Part shown: in pieces, positions 1 through 7,649 of the stretch
Layout: each line of letters starts with the position of its first letter
Numbering within the stretch: the stretch's first letter is position 1
DNA from: a virus
Strand: one strand, 5' to 3'
Virus record (IMG/VR): IMGVR_UViG_3300047472_000155
Span: 32,001 to 96,000 of that record
Length of the DNA stretch: 64,000 nucleotides
The notes under the pieces: model-generated
Databases searched by the model: none
What the model was told of the DNA's origin: nothing
What the model saw: the letters and a program-made list of their open reading frames with translations, nothing else
Program-made: the position numbers and the translations under genes

Positions 1-288
1 GTATATGATATTTGCAAAGTTTTAAGAATAATACAACCTCTCTAACAGAAAAGAATGGATCGCCACCACACAGAGTTATTCCGTCAATTAAAGGATTATT
101 TTTGATATCATCAATAATCTCTAATTGTCTATTGTAAGTAAATTCTTCACCATACTTGAAATCCCAAGCTGCTTCATTGAAACAACCTGGGCAAGCATGT
201 TTACATCCACTTATAAATAATACAGAACGTAATCCGTGTCCTTCATTAATACTCTCTTTATAATATCCTGAAAGGTACACAAATTCAT
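1..288 (-). CDS. nrdG: Anaerobic ribonucleotide reductase activating protein (truncated by window edge)
   Basis: Hand translation MNLCTFQDIIKESINEGHGLRSVLFISGCKHACPGCFNE..GITLCGGDP; radical-SAM CxxxCxxC motif; directly downstream of nrdD. Confidence 0.93.
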
Positions 289-296
289 CTCCTAAT

Positions 297-2159
297 TTAA
301 TTTGTTGAGTGTTTGACTCTATCTCTTTCTTCTGCACGTTTTCCAGAATTGAACCTAGTAAGCAGATTGCCAACCAGATAGCCTGTGATGCGTCTAATTT
401 TGACGATACGACCACCTGACTCTAACTCTCCACACTGTGGACACGACTCCCCTATGACTCCGTCATAGCCGCAGGAATTGCACTTGTCAATTGGATGGTT
501 AATGCTGAAATACCCTACATTATTTTTTAATGCAAATTGAACAATTTTTTTAAATGCATCTGGATTGTTTTTCATATTTCCATCAACTTCTACATAACAT
601 ATATGTCCTGCGTTTGTGAGTTCATGGAAAGGAGCTTCTAATTCTATTTTCTTATGCGCTTGTATTTGATAGTATACAGGAATATGATTAGAATTTGTAA
701 TATATTCTCTATCAGTTACTCCATCAATAATTCCATACTCTTTCTGATTCATTTTAGCAAACTTACCAGCTAACGACTCCGCAGGAGTTGCAAACAACGT
801 AATGTTTGAATCTAAATCTTCTGACCACGTGTCACAAAAATCACGCATAAACTTGATGATATCATATCCAATTTTCCAAGCTTCTTCATCTTCTCCGTGA
901 TGCTTTCCTACAAGCGCCTTAAGGCACTCTGCAAGACCAACAAAGCCAATAGACAAACTACCATGCTTTAATATATCTCCAACTTTCTCTTCTGGATCAA
1001 GCTTTTCTCCATCCATCCATGTCCCATTAGCCATCATAAAATCACTTGCTTTTGCAGGCTGATTTTTTTGAATTCTATATCTATGAACAAGTCCTTCAAG
1101 ACATATCAACATAACTTCTTCAAGCTTATTATAGAAATACTCAATGTCACCCTTAGATTCAATCCCAATCTTTGGTAAATTAATGCTATTAAAACTAAGA
1201 TTTCCCCTACCTGACTGATGGTTGTCACCATGTCTATTTGAAATTACTCTTGTACGACATCCCATTGTGCCAATAATTGTGTCAGGGTCTTCTTCTTTGT
1301 AGTATTGAAGATTGTATGTTGCATCAACATTTACAAAGTTAGGGAACAAACGTTTGCTTGAACATTCTACAGCTTTCTGGAATAAATCGTAATTTACTTC
1401 TCCTTCGTTCTGATTAATTCCTTGCTTGCATTGAAAAATCAATTGAGGGAATATTGCCGTTTCACCATGACCCAATCCATTGATTGAAGCTTGTAGAATT
1501 GACTCACTAACAAGTCTTCCTTCCCATGATGTACACACACCAAAACAAATACTTGAGAATGGAACCTGTCCACCTGCACGTGAAGCCATTGTGTTGAGAT
1601 TGTGAATCATACTTTCCGCAGCTTGAAGTGTTTCATTTTTCGTTTCTTTCATAGCAAATAACTCCGCACTTGCATGAGTACCTTTGAAATATTCAAGACC
1701 TTTTTTGTAATGTTTGTTGTACGATTTCTTAACATATGGAGCCAAATCCCAATCAATCTTACTTGCACCACATCCACCATATTGTGAGTTTTGTTGTGCT
1801 TGAAATATAATTGCCACTTGTGCCATTGCTGTAGAAATACTGTTTGGGGTACGAACACTACCTTTATCCCCTACTGTAAAGCCACTTGCCAATATTTTTT
1901 CGAAAGGTATAAAGATACAATTATGCGTTCCAAGTGCATAAAAATCTAAATCATGAATATGCATATATCCCTGCTTCATATATTCCATAATAAATTCTGG
2001 AATAATATATTTCATTGCATACTCTTTACACGCTTCGCTTCCCATTTTTCCCATTTTACCGCTAAATGATTCGCCATTAACATTCGCATTCTCTCTAATA
2101 ATATCAAGATTTTGAGTGTCAATAACATCTTTGCCAAGTTTCAAAAATGTGTCTGTCAT
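297..2159 (-). CDS. nrdD: Class III (anaerobic) ribonucleoside-triphosphate reductase, no ATP cone
   Basis: HIHDLD, MGCRT, GRGNLSF, ATPAES, C-terminal CxxC..CxxC and RRITGYL glycyl-radical loop; start moved to ATG at 2159 (RBS AGGAGAG) because the upstream extension overlaps tRNA-Gly. Confidence 0.96.
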   Translation of the reverse strand: MTDTFLKLGKDVIDTQNLDIIRENANVNGESFSGKMGKMGSEACKEYAMKYIIPEFIMEYMKQGYMHIHDLDFYALGTHNCIFIPFEKILASGFTVGDKGSVRTPNSISTAMAQVAIIFQAQQNSQYGGCGASKIDWDLAPYVKKSYNKHYKKGLEYFKGTHASAELFAMKETKNETLQAAESMIHNLNTMASRAGGQVPFSSICFGVCTSWEGRLVSESILQASINGLGHGETAIFPQLIFQCKQGINQNEGEVNYDLFQKAVECSSKRLFPNFVNVDATYNLQYYKEEDPDTIIGTMGCRTRVISNRHGDNHQSGRGNLSFNSINLPKIGIESKGDIEYFYNKLEEVMLICLEGLVHRYRIQKNQPAKASDFMMANGTWMDGEKLDPEEKVGDILKHGSLSIGFVGLAECLKALVGKHHGEDEEAWKIGYDIIKFMRDFCDTWSEDLDSNITLFATPAESLAGKFAKMNQKEYGIIDGVTDREYITNSNHIPVYYQIQAHKKIELEAPFHELTNAGHICYVEVDGNMKNNPDAFKKIVQFALKNNVGYFSINHPIDKCNSCGYDGVIGESCPQCGELESGGRIVKIRRITGYLVGNLLTRFNSGKRAEERDRVKHSTN

Positions 2160-2218
2160 GTGAATCTCTCCTTTAAATAAGTATTCCCCCATCCTTATAT
2201 AAGGTGGGGGAATCTCAA

Positions 2219-2290
2219 AGCGGATAACGAGACTCGAACTCGCAACCTTTTGGGTGGAAGCCAAACGCTCTACCATTGAGCTATATCCGC
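2219..2290 (-). tRNA. tRNA-Gly(UCC), CCA not encoded
   Basis: Cloverleaf GCGGATA..TATCCGC; anticodon arm TTTGG-CT TCC AC-CCAAA; GTTCGAGT T-loop. Confidence 0.93.
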
Positions 2291-2326
2291 ATATGAAAGC
2301 CCTAATTAAAGGGCTATTTGTATTTA

Positions 2327-2677
2327 TTATTCATTACCTTTTATTCCATAAGCTTTATGAATTGCAATATTTATTACTCTTTGTGCCTTCATAAGATAAT
2401 GATCTACTCTCGCACCTTCATTATCACCATACATAAGACGCATAAGTAAATACAACTCTGGATAACATGATCTCCAATTCCATTTCTCAATTTCTAGATA
2501 CCTATATTCATATCCAAAATATTCCTTAGCTAATTCAATTTCACTAGTAGTTAAAGTCATATTTTTTTTGATATGATCATAAGAATGATTTAATATTGTT
2601 TCAATTTCATTTTGATACGCCTTAAAACGCTTTTGATCTTCAATCATTAAACGTCCAATATCAAACAGTTCAATCAT
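2327..2677 (-). CDS. Hypothetical protein
   Basis: 116-aa ORF on the locally transcribed strand. Confidence 0.6.
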   Translation of the reverse strand: MIELFDIGRLMIEDQKRFKAYQNEIETILNHSYDHIKKNMTLTTSEIELAKEYFGYEYRYLEIEKWNWRSCYPELYLLMRLMYGDNEGARVDHYLMKAQRVINIAIHKAYGIKGNE

Positions 2678-2833
2678 TATATCTTTTCTAATTTTTCCCA
2701 GCGCTTCCCACTCATTGTCTCCGTAATGCTTAAAATAGCTTACCTCTACACTCTCACTCTTCCTCTTTAATCTGATTAAAGGACGTTTATTTTTTACGTA
2801 GATAACATCCTCATCTCACTAAAAACTACGTAT

Positions 2834-2905
2834 TGCTGCGCCTTAGAATCGAACTAAGTTAACAAGGCTTATGAGACCTCACCGGATATCCAACCCGCCG
2901 CCAGC
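2834..2905 (-). tRNA. tRNA with CAU anticodon (Met or Ile2), irregular acceptor stem
   Basis: Anticodon arm GAGGT-CT CAT AA-GCCTT; T-arm CTTAG-TTCGATT-CTAAG. Confidence 0.75.
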
Positions 2906-2913
2906 TATAAGTA

Positions 2914-2985
2914 TAGGGATAAGGAGAATCGAACTCCTGTCTAGTCCTTATCAGAGACTAATAATAACCACTATAAGATATCCCA
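2914..2985 (-). tRNA. tRNA-Ile(GAU)
   Basis: AGTCT-CT GAT AA-GGACT; T-arm AGGAG-TTCGATT-CTCCT; acceptor GGGATA/TATCCC; weak D stem. Confidence 0.8.
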
Positions 2986-2990
2986 TCATT

Positions 2991-3078
2991 TGGTGGCAAG
3001 GGATGGAATTTAACCACCTAAGATTGTAAATCACTCCCGTTACATGGGAGCGCGACTCATCATCTTCGCCGCCTTGCC
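2991..3078 (-). tRNA. tRNA-Tyr(GUA), long variable arm, CCA encoded
   Basis: GGCAAGG/CCTTGCC-A-CCA; CTCCC-AT GTA AC-GGGAG; atypical T-loop TTAAATT. Confidence 0.85.
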
Positions 3079-3087
3079 ATATTATAA

Positions 3088-3327
3088 TTAACTTTCTATT
3101 ACTTTCCAATCTTCAAGTTTAAGGTCTTCATCAATCAACAGAAACATTGGCATGTCGTTATTAGTAAACTCAACGATTATCAATTTTCCTTTTTCATATT
3201 CTGGACATTTGTTAGGATCATTGTACGTTTCCTCTGCAAGACATACACGATACTTACCACCATAACTTAGCGAATCACCAATATACTCGATTCTCATTCC
3301 TTCTTTTACATTAGAAACGTTCAACAT
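3088..3327 (-). CDS. Hypothetical protein
   Basis: 79-aa ORF with AGGAGAG RBS. Confidence 0.65.
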   Translation of the reverse strand: MLNVSNVKEGMRIEYIGDSLSYGGKYRVCLAEETYNDPNKCPEYEKGKLIIVEFTNNDMPMFLLIDEDLKLEDWKVIES

Positions 3328-3347
3328 GTTATGATCTCTCCTAAAGA

Positions 3348-3623
3348 TTAAATTGAAACTACACCTTCATCGTATCCAAATAAATAATACTCGCTACCGT
3401 TTGAAGTAAAATCAAGACGATAGTCACCTTGGCGATAACTAAATTCAATTTCTCCAAACCCATCAAGAATAAATTCTTCTGTGTTTATTGCTTGTTGATC
3501 TAAATCGTCTACACGTAAAATTGTTGTATTATTTCTTAAATCAGTAATCAAGTAGTATGTCTGTGGATTTGATGCAAAGAATCCTTCTAAAGCTTGCAAC
3601 AATGTAATGTCTTGATCCATCAT
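3348..3623 (-). CDS. Hypothetical protein
   Basis: 91-aa acidic ORF with AGGAGG RBS. Confidence 0.7.
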   Translation of the reverse strand: MMDQDITLLQALEGFFASNPQTYYLITDLRNNTTILRVDDLDQQAINTEEFILDGFGEIEFSYRQGDYRLDFTSNGSEYYLFGYDEGVVSI

Positions 3624-3631
3624 TTTACCTC

Positions 3632-3850
3632 CTAAAGTTTTTGTCTTCGTAAACTCTCAACAGAACAGTATTCTTCGTATTCTTCTTCGCCAATATTTAC
3701 AACAACCATAATGTCAACACTTCCATTTTCATTGTATGTTGCATTTGAAATGTACACATTTTCTGGCTTTAACTTTAAACCATTCTCATTGGCATTGATC
3801 TTTTTCAAGATTGTTTCTTTGTCAATGAAAACTTTAACATGTCTTAACAT
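3632..3850 (-). CDS. Hypothetical protein
   Basis: 72-aa ORF with AGGAGG RBS. Confidence 0.7.
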   Translation of the reverse strand: MLRHVKVFIDKETILKKINANENGLKLKPENVYISNATYNENGSVDIMVVVNIGEEEYEEYCSVESLRRQKL

Positions 3851-3880
3851 GATTTACCTCCTTTTATTATTAAAGAGATT

Positions 3881-3979
3881 AGGTGACGGAAGGAATTGAA
3901 CCTCCAAACTACTCTACCTGAGTTGTTAGCGGATTTGAACCGCCGTGTTCGTGTGCACCGAACTGCAACCAGCATCACC
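3881..3979 (-). ncRNA. tRNA-like RNA with two T-arms
   Basis: Acceptor GGTGATG/CGTCACC; internal arms GTTCG-GTGCACA-CGAAC, GCGG-TTCAAAT-CCGC, ACTC-AGGTA-GAGT and terminal T-arm GGAGG-TTCAATT-CCTTC. Confidence 0.7.
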
Positions 3980-3985
3980 ATGATA

Positions 3986-4059
3986 TGCGTCAGACAGGAC
4001 TCGAACCTGCAAGATTTGCGTTCTTAGCGCAAAATGTTTGCCAATTACATCACTGACGC
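3986..4059 (-). tRNA. tRNA with AAG anticodon (Leu), short variable loop
   Basis: GCGTCAG/CTGACGC; TTGCG-CT AAG AA-CGCAA; GCAGG-TTCGAGT-CCTGT. Confidence 0.85.
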
Positions 4060-4091
4060 AAAATGTAGTCTTTCGACTACTAAAATTCATT

Positions 4092-4744
4092 TTATCTTAC
4101 ATTTGCATAACTTATAAAGTTTCTAATTTTTGAAATTGTAGTAGTACCAACACCATACTCTTTTGCCAAAGATATTCCTGTTTTCATTGAATTTCTGATG
4201 TATCTAATATCTTCTTCTGAGAACATTTTATTATGATCAGCGTCACTTTTTCTTTCTAATGATTGATAATCTATATCAGACAATATATGTTTCCATTTTT
4301 TGCCACTCCAAATATTCTTTATAGTACCTCTATCTACTCCAAATATTTTTGAAAGCTCTGTTGGAGAATTTGTAGTATTCATTCTTATACTTATTACACT
4401 TTCTTCGTCAAGCTTCGATCTTCCATTATTTATACCAATTGCACTTCTTCCTCTAGAAACTCTATCCATAACATTGTCTTGATGTGTACCAGTTTCTAGA
4501 TGATTTGGATTAATGCAGAATGAATTGTCGCACTTGTGACGAATTACAAGACCATCTTCTATCTTGTTGCCACTAAATAATTCATATATATACCTATGCA
4601 TTATTAATTGGACACCATTTCTCTCTACTTTGTAACCATGTCTCTTTTTTGCATGAGACACACAAACCCAACATTCATTTTCAACTTCATATTCAATCTT
4701 TCTTGCTCTTGGAGATAGTCTTTAATAGTAAATATTTCTTTCAC
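4092..4744 (-). CDS. HNH homing endonuclease with C-terminal HTH-like repeats; apparent 1-nt frameshift near 4722
   Basis: HR..IRHKCDNSFCINPNHLETGTHQDN motif; the RBS-linked GTG at 4744 is out of frame with the body. Confidence 0.8.
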
Positions 4745-4822
4745 ATAACTTTTCCTCTCTAAAAATTGATTAATAGAGAATTTTTGTTGGGAGTTTACCC
4801 CAATCATGCGTGAAAAATTCTA

Positions 4823-4904
4823 TACTGGCGAGGAGACTCGAACTCCCAATCCCGAAGGCTGCGCATTTTAAGTGCGCAATGTATGCCAATTCCATCACAC
4901 CAGC
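4823..4904 (-). tRNA. tRNA-Leu(UAA)
   Basis: GCGCA-CT TAA AA-TGCGC; variable arm CC-TTCG-GG; standard T-arm. Confidence 0.93.
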
Positions 4905-4910
4905 AAAATA

Positions 4911-4988
4911 TCTGAACGGCTGGATTTGAACCAGCGTAAGCTCCTCCTTCCAAGGGAGGCGAGATAAGCCAAACTCCTCTACGTCCAG
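4911..4988 (-). tRNA. tRNA-Pro(UGG)
   Basis: CTGGACG/CGTTCAG; CCTCC-CT TGG AA-GGAGG; GCTGG-TTCAAAT-CCAGC. Confidence 0.92.
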
Positions 4989-5044
4989 TTAATAAAAAGT
5001 GTACGTTACTTTTCGATTTGTTGTTTACGTACAAACAGTCCCAA

Positions 5045-5115
5045 TAGCGTGTACGGGGATCGAACCCGTGATACCGTATAGAAAGTACGGAGTCTTACCA
5101 CTTGACCAACACGCC
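5045..5115 (-). tRNA. tRNA-Glu(UUC)
   Basis: GGCGTGT/ACACGCT; CCGTA-CT TTC TA-TACGG; ACGGG-TTCGATC-CCCGT. Confidence 0.92.
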
Positions 5116-5125
5116 ATATTGAATA

Positions 5126-5419
5126 GGTTTTTTCTTCGAAAGGGAAAACCATCTAACCCTTGCACAGCGCTATGCGTTTATGGAAAACTCGAAACCTTTG
5201 CATCTTATGGTAATGCAATAACCCCTCTACACATGTGGAATTGTAGTCAACCTCTGCGATCTTGGGAAGTGCAGTCACACCACTACTCTTATGGCAATAG
5301 TAGCAAACCCTACATATATGGAATGTAGCGAACCTCTAGTCTTGTGGCTGAGAACTAGTAGACCTCTTACTTTCTGGATAGTAAAGTAAACCTTGCATTT
5401 TTATGGATCTGCATAAACC
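5126..5419. repeat. Array of nine mini-hairpins, ~28-nt period, invariant TGG (+)/CCA (-) in each loop and ACC/GGT linkers; candidate ncRNA
   Basis: Loop TGG at 5181, 5208, 5236, 5263, 5292, 5319, 5345, 5375, 5404; stems differ in sequence but pair (TTGCAT/ATGCAA, CTACA/TGTAG, CTACT/AGTAG, CTAGT/ACTAG, TTACT/AGTAA). Confidence 0.85.
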
Positions 5420-5421
5420 AA

Positions 5422-5492
5422 AGCCCTGTGACAGAATTGAACTATCGTTTGCGGGTTACAAAACCGCCGTTCTACCATTAAACTAAAAGGGC
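5422..5492 (-). tRNA. tRNA-Thr(UGU)
   Basis: GCCCT/AGGGC acceptor; GCGG(T)-TT TGT AA-(C)CCGC; T-arm GATAG-TTCAATT-CTGTC. Confidence 0.85.
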
Positions 5493-5500
5493 ATATAAAG

Positions 5501-5586
5501 GGTGCATAACAGGACTTGAACCTGCAAGAAGAGTACTCTTCACGAAGTTCACAGCTTCGCGCGTTTACCATTTCGCCATACACACC
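5501..5586 (-). tRNA. tRNA-His(GUG) with G-1:C73 pair and an unusual long variable arm
   Basis: 8-bp acceptor GGTGTGTA/TATGCACC; CGAAG-CT GTG AA-CTTCG; variable arm GAAGAG-TA-CTCTTC. Confidence 0.88.
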
Positions 5587-5598
5587 ATATTACTTATT

Positions 5599-5808
5599 TT
5601 AAAATCGCTCACATTCAACCAATACATCATGTTCAGCAATATCAAAAATGAATTTATTAATTTCATAGAATACCTTAACAACATAATTCTGAATTCCATA
5701 TGAATCAAGTTCTGGAATTACTGCAACTATTTCACAAACAACATCAACGTCATCCATATACGACTTGAATTTTTCTCCAATTTCAAATACTTCAATCACT
5801 ACATACAC
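5599..5808 (-). CDS. Hypothetical protein
   Basis: ~69-aa ORF with GAGG RBS-like sequence. Confidence 0.55.
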   Translation of the reverse strand: MYVVIEVFEIGEKFKSYMDDVDVVCEIVAVIPELDSYGIQNYVVKVFYEINKFIFDIAEHDVLVECERF

Positions 5809-5837
5809 CTCTTTTAAATTGTAGTTAAATAATATAA

Positions 5838-6193
5838 TATTTCCAACATGTCAGCCACGTACAAACCATCAAGGGCAATTTACAACTCCCTATTAAACTA
5901 AACCGTGGATTTTATCGAATTGGCTAGTTAGGACTTATCTTGCCTAACTTCTTAGCCATGAAAATTGCACCTTCACCTTTGACTCTGCGTCTCTGGCAGA
6001 ATAAGAGTCTTGAGTCGTGACAATTGAATGCTTTGAGCGTTGAGTCTTGAACTTTATATCCAATTTGTATAATTTGATATATCGTATCAAATAATCTTAT
6101 ATTTGCTCCTATAGCAAGGAATTGTATTAACAATGTTAACCCACATTGTAAGAAAGGTGTAAGAGTTCAATGGTTTTCGACATATTGGAAATA
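5838..6193 (-). ncRNA. Candidate structured RNA (~355 nt) with internal 7-nt tandem repeats
   Basis: 15-bp closing helix TATTTCCAATATGTC/GACATGTTGGAAATA, then AAACCATTGA/TTGATGGTTT (G-U pairs on the minus strand); CCACG/CGTGG possible pseudoknot; heptamer run at 6005-6055. Confidence 0.75.
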
Positions 6194-6246
6194 GGTAGTT
6201 TTATTTATTTAAGGTGCATGATCTACCAAACAAACACATCATCATA

Positions 6247-6897
6247 CTATTCCGAAACTTCAATCGTTGTTACAACATTACTTGTAGACAAGATGAAGTC
6301 ACATTCGTTTTCAAATTCTTCAATCTCGGATGTCAATTTTTCAATCAATTCTTTAAGACCTACTGGATCAATAAGTTTTGGCTTATTGTCTTTACTGAAA
6401 TTCTTTGTGATTTCCTGAATTTCAATATCTCTTCCATCTCTCTTACCATCTTTACCAAGATTGAGAATTGTTTCAATACGATGATTTAGTGCTGATTCAT
6501 AGCTGTTATTGCTATTCTCAAGAGAATTTAATACCTTGTTGTGTTGGTACTTAAGTGTGCTAAGATATGTTTTATCGTAAGAGATTGAAGTTTTACGTTC
6601 AATAACTTCTGCAACTGTATATTCTTTTCCGCTAGGGAACGTAACTACAGTAATGGCATTTGATGCAACAATTTTAGATTTAATCTCATTTCTACGTGCA
6701 ATGAGAGAATTGATCTTGTCAACAGATGCTTTCGCACTTGTCTCATATTGTTCTACTGTGATGTGACCACCAATAAGCTTGTCGCCAGTTTGAATCGTAG
6801 TCAACTGTGCCTCATTGATTGCTCTTGTAATTCTAGCATCCAACAATTTAAGTTCATTTAAAGCCCTGGTAATTGAGTAACTAATAGTCATTTGCAC
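6247..6897 (-). CDS. Coiled-coil protein resembling the DIP1984/DUF6847 family
   Basis: Pattern ITRAL.ELK.L..RI..IK..IV.SNA.T.V..TVAEVIERK..LIDP..L..ECDF.LS.SN..T.IEV; AGGAG RBS; own sigma-A promoter. Confidence 0.7.
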   Translation of the reverse strand: MQMTISYSITRALNELKLLDARITRAINEAQLTTIQTGDKLIGGHITVEQYETSAKASVDKINSLIARRNEIKSKIVASNAITVVTFPSGKEYTVAEVIERKTSISYDKTYLSTLKYQHNKVLNSLENSNNSYESALNHRIETILNLGKDGKRDGRDIEIQEITKNFSKDNKPKLIDPVGLKELIEKLTSEIEEFENECDFILSTSNVVTTIEVSE

Positions 6898-7038
6898 ATT
6901 CTCCTTTTTCCCTTTGAATTTGTTTTATCTTTGATTTATATATTGTATCAAAAAACTCAACGATACTAACGAGGCTGGTAGGGGATTAACATCGTCAAGT
7001 TTTTTCATACAACATCTCGTTCTCAACTCTACTTCTAT

Positions 7039-7067
7039 AGTATATCATTTTATCTTTCATTTGTCAA
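7039..7067 (-). promoter_or_regulatory. Sigma-A promoter with conserved spacer
   Basis: TTGACA-AATGAAAGATAAAATGA-TATACT. Confidence 0.85.
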
Positions 7068-7089
7068 GTACTTTTTAAAATTATTTAAT

Positions 7090-7173
7090 TGGCAAAGGAG
7101 GGGAGAATCGAACTCCTTGGGAACGGTTTTGGAGACCGCCTTATTACCTCTCCAATTTAACCCTCTCTCCCTC
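7090..7173 (-). tRNA. tRNA-Trp(CCA), enlarged D region, CCA end encoded
   Basis: GCGGT-CT CCA AA-ACCGT; GGAG-TTCGATT-CTCC; ends G-CCA. Confidence 0.8.
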
Positions 7174-7182
7174 ATGTTCTTT

Positions 7183-7211
7183 ATTATACCATTTTATCTT
7201 GTATTTGTCAA
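7183..7211 (-). promoter_or_regulatory. Sigma-A promoter for tRNA-Trp
   Basis: TTGACA-AATACAAGATAAAATGG-TATAAT (consensus, with TG extension). Confidence 0.9.
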
Positions 7212-7234
7212 GCACTATTTTTTTACTCTTTAAT

Positions 7235-7583
7235 AATGTAGTCATAGTAACCGTCCATCCTCACCTATGACACAATAGGTCGATCAATCCTATTGATCCT
7301 CACGTTAATCATTTATCTAACAACCTAATGTTGGTCTCAATGATTAACATTACCAATATAGTACCCTCCTACTACCTACTATATTGAGTAGCGGTTCACT
7401 CATGACAATATCACCACCACTTGCCCTCATAGTCCGTTGTAACGTCTCTATTCATGAGTTTCAACGTTACGCTCTTTCGGAGCTACTACGCAACATGATA
7501 AACACTAATATTATATCACTTGCATTGTGATCTCATCGGCTTATTTTATTGCCGACATTCGATATTGTGTTCATCACCTTACA
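7235..7583 (-). ncRNA. Candidate multi-hairpin ncRNA (~345 nt)
   Basis: No ORF; at least 8 hairpins in two closed domains; promoter at 7590-7618. Confidence 0.65.
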
Positions 7584-7589
7584 TAAAGA

Positions 7590-7618
7590 ATTATATCACA
7601 CTTACAATAGAAAGTCAA
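7590..7618 (-). promoter_or_regulatory. Sigma-A promoter
   Basis: TTGACT-N17-TATAAT with TG extension. Confidence 0.8.
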
Positions 7619-7649
7619 GCACAATATAAAATGAAAGTAAAATTATTTT

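Noticed and set aside
2160-2276. N-terminal extension of the NrdD ORF in the track
   Set aside because: It overlaps tRNA-Gly and a hairpin; the RBS supports ATG at 2159.
5126-5419. CRISPR array interpretation of the 28-nt periodic repeats
   Set aside because: No identical direct repeats, no spacer-length unique segments and no cas genes in the window.
4804-5583. ORFs 4804-5034, 4999-5328 and 5401-5583
   Set aside because: They run through tRNA genes and the hairpin array and look spurious.
5924-6133. 69-aa ORF inside the candidate RNA
   Set aside because: No RBS; base pairing and the 7-nt period argue for a non-coding role.
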